Source: Leidyana gryllorum EB-2025a (taxonomy: Eukaryota; Protista; Apicomplexa). Taken from it: a stretch of 64,000 nucleotides of DNA. Where the stretch lies: positions 310,001 to 374,000 of the forward strand of contig JBLWGC010000043.1 in NCBI GenBank assembly GCA_048772705.1, given 5' to 3'. The notes beneath the pieces are model-generated. The model was not told the origin of the DNA. It worked only from the letters and a program-made list of their open reading frames with translations, and did no database searches. Shown here piece by piece: positions 1 through 12,673 of this stretch. Both the position numbers and the translations under genes were made by a program. The stretch's first letter is position 1; every line of letters begins with the position of its first letter.

Positions 1-2269
1 TTGGTGGACCTGAGCTTCTCTGATCTTCTTGTTGATGGTGTTGTTACTGGCGTCCACCTCAGCGTCGAATCCGCGGTCCCGCAACACTCGGGTGACATAC
101 TGAGCGTATGGGAGATTCTTCTCGGAGATGGGACACACGATCGCTTGACGCGGACTCAGCCAGAAGGGCAGTCGACCACCAGTGTGTTCCAGAATGACAG
201 CCGACATTCTCTCAATGGAGCCCAGGATGGCTCTGTGGACCATAACGGGACGTCCAAAGCCCGGCTTGAGCTCAGTCTCAAGAGAGCCGTCAACGTTGCG
301 CAATTGCTGTTGCTGTTGCTGCTGCTCGGAGCCTTGTGGGTGATCGGCCCGCTTGCACTCCTCGTTGGCCTGGACAGCGGTGGATGTACCGTCCTCGTTC
401 GACTTGTATTGCAGGTCGAAACGCAAGGGTAGCTGGAAGTCGAGTTGAATGGTACCGCATTGATGCTGGCGTTCCAAGGCATCCATCAATTTGATATCAA
501 TCTTGGGTCCGTAGAAAGCACCGTCGCCCTTGTTGAGCTTCCAAGGCATTCCACACTCATTCAGAGAGTTCTTCAGCTGGGTCTCCGCTTTCTCCCACAA
601 CTCAACTGTTCCGAGAGCCTTTTTGGGGCGGGTGCTGAGATGGAGTTCGAAGGTGAAGCCGAACAATTTGTAGATGAAGAAGAGGAAATCCAAAGCAGCC
701 GATACCTCGGCTTCGACTTGGTCCATACGGCAGAAGATGTGAGCGTCATCCTGTTGGAATCGGCGGACTCGAGTCAGTCCGCTCAGACTTCCGCTGAACT
801 CATTGCGATGCAATACTCCGAAATCGGCCATGCGGATTGGGAGTTGTCGGTATGAGGGAGCCATATGTTTGAACATAACACAGTGGCCGGGGCAGTTCAT
901 TGGTTTGAGACCCCAATCTTTTCCTTCGACGTCCAGAAGGAACATACAGTCTTTGTAGTTCTGTAAGTGTCCGGAGACGCGGAAGATGTCGCAGGAGAAC
1001 AGATTGGGCGAGTGCACTTCGGAGAATCCACGAGCAGCGTATTCAGCCTAAGATGGGAGGAGGAGATGAGGGGCAAATTGGAGACTACGATCGAAATCTT
1101 TGATTGCGATGATCAATCGCCTCAATTGATCGCATTAAATGTTCACTCACCCGCATCAGTTCGACCAATTTGTTATAAACTTTCGCCCCCTTCGGCAGCC
1201 AGAATGCCGAGCCTGCGGCGAAGGCTGGCTCGAAGAAGAACAGGTCGAGTTGTTGACCTAAGAGGCGATGGTCACGTTTCTTGGCTTCTTCTACTAAACG
1301 GATGTGTTCTTTCATCAACTTGGCGTCGGGGAAGGTGATGCCGTAGACTCGCTGGAGACTGTCGCCTTCACAATTGCCCAACCAGTAGGCTGAAGAGTGT
1401 TTCTCCACTTGGAAGGCTTTGATGTAATTGAGGTTGGGGATATGGGGTCCCATACAAAGATCAACGAAGGGTCCACAGCGATATACCGAAGTTTTGCCAC
1501 CTTCGGGTACTTTAGCGCTGATCAGTGCCACTTTGAAGGGGTTGTCTTGAAACATTATGAGTGCCTCTTCCTTGGTGACTTCCAATCTACAAAACGGAAG
1601 ATCTTGACCGTGGAACTCGGCAGCCTTCTTTTTCATGTCCTCGTAATTATCTTGGGTGATGGAGGGGCGGTCACCCAAGTAGAAGTCGTAGTAGAAACCT
1701 TTTTGTAGGGCGGGGCCGATTGTGACCTGAGCACCGAATAACTGCTCAGCCACGAGACCCAACAAGTGGCCACTAGAGTGCCAGAAGACGCCTTTGGCCT
1801 CCTTGTCGTCAAACTTGAGGAACGCCAATTTGCAACTGCTGGGAAGGGGACGAGTCATATCCCATAATTGGTATTCTTTGTCCTCGTCCTCATCGTCCGC
1901 ACCGTCATCCGAGTAACCTTCGACATCCTCGGTATTGGCACACTGGGTAGCGCTCTGCACCACACTCTTGTCGGCCCACACAACTCGCGCAACTATTGAG
2001 GCTTTCGCCAATCCGCCAGAAATGGACTGCGCAATCATCAAAGGGGTGGTCTCATTTGACACACCCGGCTTCTCTGTGCCGTCTGGCAGTGTAATCACAA
2101 TAGGTTCTCGCGGCAAAGACCGGTTGCGCTCCTCTTGCTCTGCATACAACTCAGAGAAGAACGACAGCCGATTCTCGATAAAGTCCTTCGAACCATCACA
2201 AACACCTCCAACCTTGATACCAGGCTTGAGGGCGGGAACTGTTCCCTGGAAAGCACGTCTGGCAGCCAT
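1..2269 (-). CDS. TARS: Threonyl-tRNA synthetase (cytosolic type), 3' end runs off the window; intron 1048-1150
   Basis: TGS domain (ITLPDG..TTPLMIA), editing motifs HSSGH and DLCMGPH, then [10 protein letters not shown] and [17 protein letters not shown] intron joins to [15 protein letters not shown] and the catalytic domain continues to the window edge. Confidence 0.97.
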
Positions 2270-2303
2270 GTGAGGACAAAAGTACTCAAATAATTTTGAA
2301 CAA

Positions 2304-4438
2304 ATGACTTTGTCAGCACACTATCTGTCGCAAGGCCTCTTCGAGGACCAGGATGATCAACTCGCCTACGAGGCTATCATCAAGCGACCATTACCGATCA
2401 CCTTTCGGATTATCGAGGGGACCGTCCACTCCACATGGGTCAAAGCCTTCATAAACGCAAACAGGTTCGTCCGCTTTTTATTATACCGCTCTCGCAGATC
2501 ACTCCTAATCTATCTGCTTCAGACATCTGTTGGAAGCCGATCCCGCCCATTATAGGTTCACCCGCCTCGACTGGTACAAGTTGTCCGAGGCTTATGAGCT
2601 CGACGTATCCCGCCAGACCCTCAGACAGACTCCACAGCTTCGACAGCTGTTCAATTTTCTGATCAAACAGTCAGAAAATGGAGTCATTGTGCGCCAGGAG
2701 GCCGTCAGCATGATACCCGCAACATTGCTCGCCAGAAGCATTACGTCGGATGACGCACGTTTGCTCGATTTGTGTGCTTCACCCGGAAGCAAAACTTCAC
2801 AATTGTTGGAGCTGCTCGCCAACAAAGCGCCTCCCGGAGGTGCCCGCGGTTTAGTCATTGCCAACGACCTCAACTCCACCCGTGCTCACATGTGAGTCCC
2901 ACTCCCTCGGTCGCTCCTACGAAATTGGCGTCTGCAGGCTGACCCATCATGTCAAGTATCTTAACAGCCCAGCCCTCCTGGTGACTCTGCACAACGCCGC
3001 TGTCTTCCCACGGCTGTTTCCTCCACATTCACCAAACTCTCATATCACCTTCGATGGCATACTGTGTGACGTAAGCGGCCGCTTAAATAAAACTTCCAAA
3101 ACGTATCGATACCCGATACCCCACAGGTGCCCTGTTCTGGTGATGGAACTGTTCGGAAATGTAAACAAGTGGCCGAGAATTGGACTCCCGCTACCGGCAG
3201 AGGACTCCATAAGTTGCAGATGCGGATTCTGAAAAGGGGATTGGCTCTGTGCAAAGTGGGAGGTGTGGTGGTATACTCTACTTGCAGTCTCAATCCTTTG
3301 GAGGATGAAGCGGTTGTTGCTGGTGTACTACGGGGCTGTGAAGGGGCCGCGATTCTCGATCATTCAGCCCCTTTCAAACTCGGATTGCCGTATCGTCAAG
3401 GCATTCTGACTTGGAAGGTCCCTTACAAGAATGAGATGTATGCCGAATACGATGAGGTGCCACCCATTCTTCGGAAGACAAAGATTTATCCCTCAATGTT
3501 CCCGCCCCCGAGCGAAGGAGAAGATGAACTGAAGAAGCAGGTTGTGTTCGGCTGTATGCGGTTCATGCCTCAGGACGGCAATACGGGAGGATTTTTTGTC
3601 GCAGTTTTCCAGAAGGTCGCCCAAATGCCCTGGGAACAGTTCGCCACTGCCGAGGAAGTTGAGGCCGAAGCTGAGGATGTACCAGAGATCTGCGAAACTC
3701 TGGCACAGCATCAGTTGCAGCAGAGCGATCTTTTCTGCGTAGGCCACGACGAACAACAGTGGCGACGCTTAGCATCCGAGGGATTTGAGCGATATGGGCT
3801 TCCAGTAGACGATCCCAGTCTCAAAAACCGGTTGTTTGGGAGACACACTGATAGTCCCCAATCCTCTGCATTGCCTCGCAAGGTAGGTATACTCTGGAGC
3901 GACCACACACACCACACACACTCATATACAGATCTGGTTGGTGTCTGAGGGAGTTCGGGAATGTCTGATGAGTCAAACAAAACGGGCGAGTCTGCGAGTG
4001 TGCTCGGCCGGCACTCAGCTCATGGAGTGTCGTAAAGGGGAGACGATCCGAACAATGTCAGGTGCCTTCAAGCTTTTGATGGAACATTTCAAGAACACGG
4101 ATGCCAATTATTCGTTCGAAAGAGGAACCTGTGTTCGGTTGGTGCCTCGGGAAGACAGTGAAGCACTTTTGAGTTATGGCAATCCCGACGAAGAGACGGA
4201 TTCTGACGTTCACCGGGCACCACGCGCCATATTGGAGCAACAGTTCCAAGAAGCGTCTGAGGGTCACTATATGCTTGTGACGCCTGCCGGTCAGTCGTAC
4301 ATTCCGGTGAGTCTCGAGGCCTTGTCCCCTTCCCATCGACCCAAACAGATCCCCATCTATCTGGGAAAGAGCTCCATTGAAGTCCTTCTCTCCACATGTG
4401 TGCGACGTAGTGTGCGTTGCCTCTTGTTGAAGGACTAG
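2304..4438 (+). CDS. NSUN2: NSUN2/Trm4-like tRNA m5C methyltransferase; introns ~2464-2522, 2892-2937, 3071-3126, ~3883-3930
   Basis: Motifs RQEAVSMIP, LDLCASPGSKT, ILCD|VPCSGDG and VVYSTCSLNPLEDEAVV (both catalytic Cys), plus GGFFVAVF. Joined across GT-AG introns. Confidence 0.93.
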
Positions 4439-6012
4439 GCCGGGTATAACCTCTGATTTGTCGAATAGTTGGGGTTGCTGTATCGGGCGACAAGGAAGTC
4501 TGCGTTTGCGAAAAATAGCCGTTGTCACTATATTTGTTGCTAAGGGTGTCGAGACGTATAGTGCTCGGGTGTGTCTTAGTATATTCAGCCCGTATTGGCA
4601 GAGAGAAATGTCGGTGTCGCCAGCATCTTCACGGCCATCGCTGTTGGTCTCTAGGCCCATGTGAAGTTGGGAGCCTCGGGTTCGCCTACTTCTGTCTTTT
4701 TCGGCTCCAGCTTATGTACACAACAAGCTCGGGGGTCTACCGCGTGCCAGCGACACAATCAAAGGTGCAGATGCCCGGTTCTGTGGTCTAGAGACGATAT
4801 CAAATGATGGCCGCATATTATTTCGAGAAGCACATGCGTGATCGGTATGATGCCATCGTGAATGTTACTATCTTCAAGGCAAAGAACTAAGAATGACGCT
4901 CGTCAGTGTGGCCCATATTCTCGTGTTGGGAGGTCAGTACCACCGTCAGGGCATTTCCTGTCACTATCGATCGTGCCAGACCGATCGAGACTGGAAGTAT
5001 TTCCACCGACCTATGAAGTTGATAACCATTGCTCTGGCCAAGGAAGGGGCTCGCCGATGGAGGAGGCGGAGCTGGCTGCAAATCTCGAATGCCCACGAGT
5101 TCATCCTCCAATCAATTGATTGTTACACAGTAACACTGTGGGCGAGGGCCGAGAGTGGGGTGGTCAGAAGGGCTGGAGCTCCCTCCCGACGAGTGCACTC
5201 GACAATGGATGAGAGTCAATAGATTGTTCAATCTGCACTGGATGGATGAGAAGATCTGCTTCACTCCAAAGGTACAAAAACGCCACATTGGTTTGATTGG
5301 TACCTGAACTCATTTTGGCCCCAATGACTGGGCTGACTGGGACCCGCCGAGTCTCCTGTCGTGTGAATATCAGTTTTCATGTCAGAGTGTAATCATCTGA
5401 AACCCGCCATATTTTCGCGTGATTTGTTTGCAACCGCTTGATGCATAACCCCACTCCCTCAGCCATATCTCTTCTGCGGACACTGTGTTAGATCGCCCTC
5501 GATGTCATCATTGCGTAACATAATGGGGAGCGCCAACTGACGAGCGAAGTGTCGTCGTGAGAGGTCATCACTGTCGATATGTGTGTCAGTTCGAAGAGAC
5601 AAGCAAACGCCGTGGGGCATCTTTGCGTTGACCCTTCCGGCCCTCGGCTGACTTCGCAGTCGCCAGACAGACAGACAGACAGAAAGTGCAACACGATGAG
5701 AGACAAAAAGGCGGCGGAAATCATCACAGTTCAAAACGGAGTCTCGTCCGATAGCCGGAGACACGTGAGCGTTATAGACCTTCACCGCAGAAGCTCCGAG
5801 GGGGTCTCCTCAAAGACGCAGAGCAGAGATCCAACATTGCAGCCGGCTGACAATGAGTGACGTGGGGTTCCAGCGACCGTCAGATTGATCTCTTCCCGCC
5901 CGCCGCAGTCTGTCTGTGGGAGCCAGTGAGCGACTCTAGCATCTGCGGGGGGAACGAGGAGTTTGAAGCGACCTGCACAACGAAATGTCAGGCGAACAGG
6001 AGAGAGTGGTCA

Positions 6013-6101
6013 GAGTGTCACGTCTCCGAGTGTCACGTCTCCGAGCGTCACGTCTCCGAGTGTCACGTCTCCGAGCGTCACGTCTCCAGTGTCACGTCTC
6101 A
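6013..6101. repeat. Tandem array of a 15-bp unit GAG(T/C)GTCACGTCTCC, about 6 copies
   Basis: Directly visible, immediately downstream of the TMEM43 stop codon. Confidence 0.95.
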
Positions 6102-6120
6102 GAGCGTCGAGTCTCAGCTC

Positions 6121-7918
6121 TCAAAGAGCAACGTAACTGGACGTCTTGACCGATCCGGTGTGACTCGCCCCAGTGGAGACGTTTGGCGGGAGTGGCGCGG
6201 TCGAATGCGTCTCGACGGCAACGTAACCGTGCGCCTCGGGACTCACGGGGGAGCTGAGGAGAGAGAAAGCGTTTGTCCACTGCAGAGGCCGAGACGCTGT
6301 GTGCTTACCGACAAGTGTAGCTGAGGAAGAAGACAAAAACAGCTCCGATTACGCAGGCGACAGCAGCGACAACTGAGAATGTGAGATTGGTAATACCAAT
6401 CAGAGCCATGCAGATGGAGGTCGCCATCACCATTGAGGCCGCGAGAGTTGTGGAGGGCGAATATGTCTGTTTGAAGGGAGAGAGAGAGTATTGCTGCGGC
6501 GAGCGGTCGTAATGGTGTCTTACCTTTCCCGTGTCCCTCCGGACCAACTGGAAGGTGAAGAAGACCCACAAACTTGTGATCGCCCAGCCGAAGATACGAC
6601 TGATCCAGAGATACTTCTTGGGGATGTCATTCTCATTGGCGAAGGTATCCAGAAGCTCCTGTGCCGTGTAATCGCCTTCTAAAACCAATGTTCGAGTCCG
6701 ATTGGCCTGTGGCAGAAGTCAATGTGAATATTAGCGCTCCCTGACTTACGTGACTGAATGGGTCGGTAAAGCCTTTGAGAGCTCGCTCCTGAGACCATGC
6801 GACAGCCGTACTTTGTTGGCCAATAGCGCTCAAATGTGTCGCCTTGCTGCCGTAGAAGCTAACCCGTATGTCTCCGACCTGTAAGAGGGTTTTGTGGATG
6901 GGGGCGACTCTGGCACTCACCTGTGGCTCAGTGGGGTCTCCCGAGTAGAGGTGATCTTGATAGAGGCGCGTGTTAGTGGAGGATAGTCGAGTCGGGGGTC
7001 GCTCAGTGCTGGGAATGTACGCCCCGTCATCTCTCAACTTTAGGAGCTGCTTGCCATGAAAGTCTATAAGGTGGGGCCGCTCAAGTTTGAACCCACCCCC
7101 GTACAGGTTGGGGCCGAACTGTCGATGGATGACGGGATTAGCGACTGTTTGCGATGAACTCACGTGTCGACCTGCGCCGGGGACGTGGGGGAAATAGTCG
7201 GGATTCTTCTTGTTACTCCACCAACTCCATCCAGTTTGGGTGGGTATCTGTTAGAAGTGATGGAGACACAGACAATAAGGCCAAGTCTTACGAGACTTTC
7301 ACTCCAGACACCGTGGATTGAGCTGCGTAGGAAGCCCGGGATGAGACTGTATTGATACATCTCGACTTTCATCTCAAAGAAGATTCCTTTGAAGGGGTTA
7401 AGGTTGGGTGAGAACTCTGGTGCGACATTAAAGTTAGATAGTCTCCGTAGAGGACAGTCAATATGCACCAAGTGTCCGTCGTTTTCGGCTTGGGGCTCGC
7501 AGGAAACAGGTTTGACTTCTAGTCGCAATGGCTGAATGGCTCCTTGTATCAGCCCACTGCTAGCGTCAGCGGCCATCATAACGGCCAGCGCACACAATAA
7601 GCCAAGTGTCAAGCATGTGTAGGCTATCACGCCCATAGTTCTCGGCTTGACGGGAGGGGATCCCATGCTGGGGGAGGTGTCTCGTCTGCGTTCTCTGCTG
7701 ACGACGACGGGGGGCTCGCCGGACGGTTTGAGGAGAGGTTTGGCTTCGTCGGGAGTGATTCGAATTGGCGGGGTGCTGAGGTGAATGCTATCGCCTTTAC
7801 GTTGTCTCTTGAATTGGTCGTATTCAATGTTGAACTGCTCGAATTTGGAGCCTTCACCTGCGGACCCGGGTGGTGAGGGAAGTTGAGTACTTGCAGTGGC
7901 CATGACGGAGGCTGGCAT
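6121..7918 (-). CDS. TMEM43: TMEM43/LUMA (DUF1625) family multi-pass membrane protein, multi-exon
   Basis: N-terminal TM, ENDGHLVHI, KVEMYQY, YSGDPTEPQ|VGDIRVSFY after removing a 42-nt intron (6879-6920), and three C-terminal hydrophobic segments. A last exon ending SSYVAL* follows a 29-nt intron. The start may instead be the ATG at 7970. Confidence 0.75.
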
Positions 7919-8205
7919 ATAAATTGTCCTTACCTGCTTAGGAGTAAAAACGGCTGTGCTCACTGTGCATGCAGTGCAGTCTCCACGTTCATGTGGAGAG
8001 CGTATAGATTACGTAGAGATTGGAAAGGTGTGTGTTCTTGGCGAAGCCATGTGGCTCCCTCACCAGCGACACATGTGTAAGGGTGTCGCACACACGGCTT
8101 GTCCCAAGGAGGCAAGCCGAGTTGCGGTACCAAAAATCAGGAGTCTGACTTCTCTTCTTGTCTACCTTTGTCTATCGCTGAGTTTCTTTCTTCGACACAT
8201 TCACA

Positions 8206-9540
8206 ATGGGCAAGGAGAAGCAGCACATCAACCTGGTCGTCATCGGCCACGTCGATTCCGGTAAATCTACCACCACCGGACACCTGATCTACAAGCTGGG
8301 AGGTATCGACAAGCGTACCATTGAGAAGTTCGAGAAAGAGGCCAGCGACATGGGCAAGGGTTCGTTCAAGTACGCCTGGGTGCTCGACAAGCTCAAGGCC
8401 GAGCGCGAGCGTGGCATTACCATCGATATTGCTTTGTGGAAGTTCGAGACTCCGCGTTTCGAGTACACTGTCATTGACGCTCCCGGGCATCGTGACTTTA
8501 TCAAGAATATGATTACCGGTACCTCTCAAGCCGACGTGGCTCTGCTCGTTGTGCCTGCTGATATGGGTGGTTTCGAGGGTGCCTTCTCCAAGGAAGGACA
8601 GACTCGGGAACACGCCTTGCTGGCCTTCACTCTCGGTGTGAGACAGATGATTGTGGGCATCAACAAGATGGACGCCTGCGGATACAAACAAGACCGTTTC
8701 GATGAGATCCAGAAGGAAGTCGCGCAGTACCTCAAGAAGGTCGGATACAAACCCGACAACATCCCCTTCGTTGCCATCTCCGGTTTTGTCGGCGACAACA
8801 TGATTGAGAAGTCTACCAACATGGGCTGGTACAAGGGACTCACTCTCGTCGAAGCCCTTGACAAGATGGAAGTTCCGAAGCGGCCAGACGACAAGCCCCT
8901 CCGCCTTCCCCTTCAGGACGTCTACAAGATCGGCGGTATCGGAACTGTGCCTGTTGGCCGTGTCGAGACGGGTATCCTGAAGCCTAACATGACCGTCTGC
9001 TTCGCGCCCAACGGCGTCGTTACGGACGTCAAGTCGGTTGAGATGCACCACGAGCAGATCGATCAAGCCATCCCCGGTGACAATGTTGGATTCAATGTCA
9101 AGAACGTCTCCGTGAAGGACATCAAGAGAGGAAACGTGGCCTCGGACAACAAGAACGACCCCGCCAAACCCGCTGCCAGCTTCACCGCACAAGTCATCAT
9201 CCTCAACCATCCTGGTGAAATCAAGGCGGGCTACACCCCCGTGCTGGATTGCCACACCGCCCACATTGCCTGCAAGTTCCTGAAGCTTCAGAGCAAAATT
9301 GACAAGCGTACGAACAAAGTGAGTGATGATGCCCCCACGATGGTTAAGAATGGTGACGCTGCGATGATCCTCTTGGAGCCCACCAAGCCGATGTGTGTCG
9401 AGGCGTTCTCCGACTATCCTCCCCTCGGACGGTTCGCCGTGCGTGATATGCGCAATACTGTGGCAGTCGGCGTCATCAAAGCCGTCGACAAGAAGGAATA
9501 CGGTGCCGCTAAGGGCGCTGCCGCAGCTAAGAAGAAGTAA
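8206..9540 (+). CDS. EEF1A: Translation elongation factor 1-alpha (intronless)
   Basis: [20 protein letters not shown] and NKMD motifs. Apicomplexan-type [15 protein letters not shown]..IYKLGGID start. Confidence 0.99.
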   Translation: MGKEKQHINLVVIGHVDSGKSTTTGHLIYKLGGIDKRTIEKFEKEASDMGKGSFKYAWVLDKLKAERERGITIDIALWKFETPRFEYTVIDAPGHRDFIKNMITGTSQADVALLVVPADMGGFEGAFSKEGQTREHALLAFTLGVRQMIVGINKMDACGYKQDRFDEIQKEVAQYLKKVGYKPDNIPFVAISGFVGDNMIEKSTNMGWYKGLTLVEALDKMEVPKRPDDKPLRLPLQDVYKIGGIGTVPVGRVETGILKPNMTVCFAPNGVVTDVKSVEMHHEQIDQAIPGDNVGFNVKNVSVKDIKRGNVASDNKNDPAKPAASFTAQVIILNHPGEIKAGYTPVLDCHTAHIACKFLKLQSKIDKRTNKVSDDAPTMVKNGDAAMILLEPTKPMCVEAFSDYPPLGRFAVRDMRNTVAVGVIKAVDKKEYGAAKGAAAAKKK

Positions 9541-9615
9541 ATCATTCTTTCTTGATTGTGTGTGTCAACTGTGTTGGGAATCTAAACTTGTGGAAAAGCG
9601 TACCTCTTGATCATC

Positions 9616-10685
9616 ATGAGGCGGATCGACAACCCTCGCAGATCGTACCAGTTCTACAAGACCAAAATGTGTCCTTGGTTCTTCCGCAATCGCTGCGAGC
9701 GGGGAGACTCTTGTAGATTTGCCCACTCTCAAGCAGAACTCAGGTAGTCGCAGAGCTCACATCTAGTTTCAAATAGTGATAGGATGCCGCCTGACCTCTC
9801 TAGGACAAGCCTCTGTCCCCGTGGCAAGGCTTGTCAGGAAGGGAGCAGATGTCGGTTTGCGCATCGCACCTCCGAACTACGTGCCACAGAGTAAGTCCTA
9901 AACAACAGCACACACAGGGACACACGGCGCCTCCATCCTCCCAAGTCGCCCTGAAAGAAGAGCGAAGAGACGAAGCGGGTGGATACTACGATTCTCCCCC
10001 AGCGTCATACAGCATTGGCGAGACGCCACGAGGTATTGGCGAGGAGGAGAGACCGACCGACCGACCGACTGATGAGCGGTGGTGTGACAAACTCTTTGTT
10101 TGCCACCCACCAGCCGCGGAGTCATCACTGAGAGGACTGGGGGTGCCGCTACACACCCACGGCTGCGGGCAATTTGTTGTGGTATAATCCCCGATTTCTC
10201 CTTTGCAGCTCCCTCTTAAAGACGTCCTTCTGTTACATGTGGCTGAAAGGCCGCTGTTTATCGGGCGCTTCTTGTCGACATGCGGTAATATAGAATAGCC
10301 ACCAGAGTGCCTGCCGGTGCATATTGAATGCCTCCATTACCATCATTGAGTCAAAGTGTCTATGTATCTGTCTCAGCACGGGCTCGAAGACCTGCGGGTG
10401 GAACTGAATACGGGAACTATGGCCCCCAGCAGTGCCGCTTTGAGCAAGCCCTCGCCTCCAGAAAGCGATACTACTCCTTCAGCCAATTCGGTGGAGGAGG
10501 AAGCGACGAACGTTGGACACTCTCCACTATTACCATCGCTGAATCTACTGAGCCTCCTGGCTGATAGTTTGACAAGCGAGCACTCCGCGGCCGTTCCAAC
10601 TTGGGACGGCGGAGACATGAGTCACTTGGCAGACGTGATAGCGCAACTTTGGAGCTCGCCCTCGGCAAGCCCAAGAGTTTCATAG
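9616..10685 (+). CDS. CCCH zinc-finger RNA-binding protein with three fingers; introns 9744-9782, 9891-10208, ~10285-10376
   Basis: Spliced product reads YKTKMCPWFFRNRCERGDSCRFAH..ELR, SRTSLCPRGKACQEGSRCRFAH..ELR and LKTSFCYMWLKGRCLSGASCRHAHGLEDLR. Confidence 0.88.
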
Positions 10686-10763
10686 CCGAGTCATTTTTTC
10701 CAACGTGTTAAAGCTCAATCCAGTAGATATCTATCTCTGTAGGTCCCAAGCCGGTAGCAGGAA

Positions 10764-12669
10764 ATGGTACCTCCTCAGGAGCCGCCTGTGATGGCGCGGT
10801 GGTGGCTTGGTGTGACGATTGCTGTCGTTGGTTCCATCTGTGGTGCGATGGGAGGTCAGTTGTCTCGAGTCCCATTCGCACACTCCGTGCAGATCTCGTA
10901 GTTCGCAGGGCCATAGTCTCGCTGAATGAATTAGCGGAGGTGGACAAAGAGATGCTCGGGTCCGGCTTTGTGTCGTTGCACGCGTACGACGAGCTGGAAA
11001 TTGACTCCGATCTGCTCCAACCCCCGGATGACGATTGTCGCCGAACTGGTCAATTTGCTCGCGACTCTCCTGTTCTATGGGAAGACGACAGTGACAATCA
11101 AATCGGCCGTAATGCTACGTACTCCGCGGCCTTCTGGATCGCTGTGTGGTGTTTGGGCTTCATTCTAACCTCGTGCTTAGAAGACCTCATGTCCTTTATA
11201 GCCATGTTTTATGCGCCAGCAGTACGCAGCACCCTTAAACGGTGGGGTATGCATCCCTCTTCTCTTCTCCAACAGGCACTCATATCCCCGTTGCTCGGCG
11301 TGCATATCGCTGCTGCTTTAGTCATGTCGACATTATGCTTGGGCGAAAAAGTCAGCCTTCCTTTCTGGCTCAGTGAGCGCTGTCATTTTCCTCGAAACCT
11401 ATCGCCAATGCAATGCAAATAGGTATCTCCTGTTGTGTTCTCGGAGTCTCCCTGGCTGCCTCAGCGGCAGGAAAAGACTCTCCGGTGGAAACTCTGGACG
11501 GTCTCACCAGCCTCTTCTCCCTCTCGAGCCCAGGGATCGTCCCTCGGATTGTGTTTCTTGCGGTGACACTCGTGATCGGCCTATGCCTCATTGTTCTTAC
11601 ACATCTTCAAAGCCCCCGACTCATCAAAAATGAAGTGTCGCGCAATACTGCGGTAAGCCACAGATTCCCTGATGAATTTTTCACCCAAGAAAGCAGCAGC
11701 TGCTGCGATCAGCGGCATGTTCGGGGGTTTCACGGAAGTTGGGGCTAAACTTCTCACCACCGTGGTGCGGGAGTGCCACTTCAACGGCCTGGGTACTGTA
11801 TTGAGAAGGTTAGTCCTTATATAAATTGAACCGTTTATGCTTAGTGTGGAGAGAGGAGGCGGTGGCAATAAATAATAAATGTATAGTGAAGCGCGCGCAA
11901 CCCCTCAGGCACACACCCATTCGCTCTCTATGGCTATGCCTATGGCTATGGCTGTCACTCATTTTGTCTCTATTTCAGGCCGATTGTCTATCTGATAGCG
12001 TTGATGTTCAGCATCACCATAATATGTGGTGTGATCTATCTCAACAAAGCGATGGCAACGGTTCCGACTATCCTGGTGGTACCAATATCGAATTCATTGA
12101 TACTATTCTTCGGGTCGCTCGGTTCGACGGTTCTGCTCGACGAACGACCACAGAACCTTCCGCTGTATCTCACAGCACTGTTCATCGTCATTGGCTCGAC
12201 GACTGTCTTGCTGGGGCTGGAAGAGAGGAATTCACGTGCACAGCACCGAGCGAGCCTTCAGCACGCTTCGAGGCAGACCAGTCCACGTTCTCCTCCCGCT
12301 CCCGATCCCCCTCTCAGTCAGAGCCTACCTGCTTTGCCCTCCGCGCCCCCAGATCAGCGGGCATCTCCTGCGTCGCCGATCTTACCTGCTATCAAATCGC
12401 TTCCTCTTCTTCCAAAAAGCCGCAAGTCTTCTCATTGTGAAATAGAAGTACAGTCGTGGTATTGTACCCCGCCTTTGACCACGCGGCAGCGAATGCTCGA
12501 TGATACATTGTTCACGTGCTGTCTCCTTCCAGGACATCGTGCTTTTTTGCCCCCAGTGTGGAAGACCTCACGCTTCCCACTCAAGCTCTTATACGACCGC
12601 ACTTCAGAGCACACGTCAGTGGGATCGTCCGCTGACACTGATGCCCCGACAAAAGTCGGTGTCCGTTAA
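10764..12669 (+). CDS. NIPA-family (DMT superfamily) putative Mg2+ transporter, multi-exon
   Basis: WWLGVTIAVVGSICGAMG; W..GFIL..FIAMFYAPA|ALISPLLGVHIAAALV..LGEK; IYLNKAM..TILVVPI. About nine hydrophobic segments. Confidence 0.75.
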
Positions 12670-12673
12670 AGGG

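Noticed and set aside
4709-5119. Frame with TGA-TCG-GTA-TGA (UxxU selenoprotein) or GCG-TGA +1 frameshift (antizyme-like)
   Set aside because: No thioredoxin-like context, no convincing SECIS downstream, and the +1 frame closes within about 17 codons.
6013-6101. CRISPR-like array
   Set aside because: Head-to-tail 15-bp units with no spacers, no cas genes, and a eukaryotic context.
8137-9264. 375-aa antisense ORF over EF1A, and similar antisense ORFs at 1-855, 29836-31104 and 48196-48801
   Set aside because: Shadow ORFs produced by codon bias of the real gene on the opposite strand.
10070-10125. SECIS-like hairpin (ATGA..AAA..GA)
   Set aside because: It lies in an intron, the GA quartet is out of register, and the gene has no in-frame TGA.
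11927-11953. (CTATGG)n hexamer run in a NIPA intron
   Set aside because: A short degenerate microsatellite with no further evidence of function.
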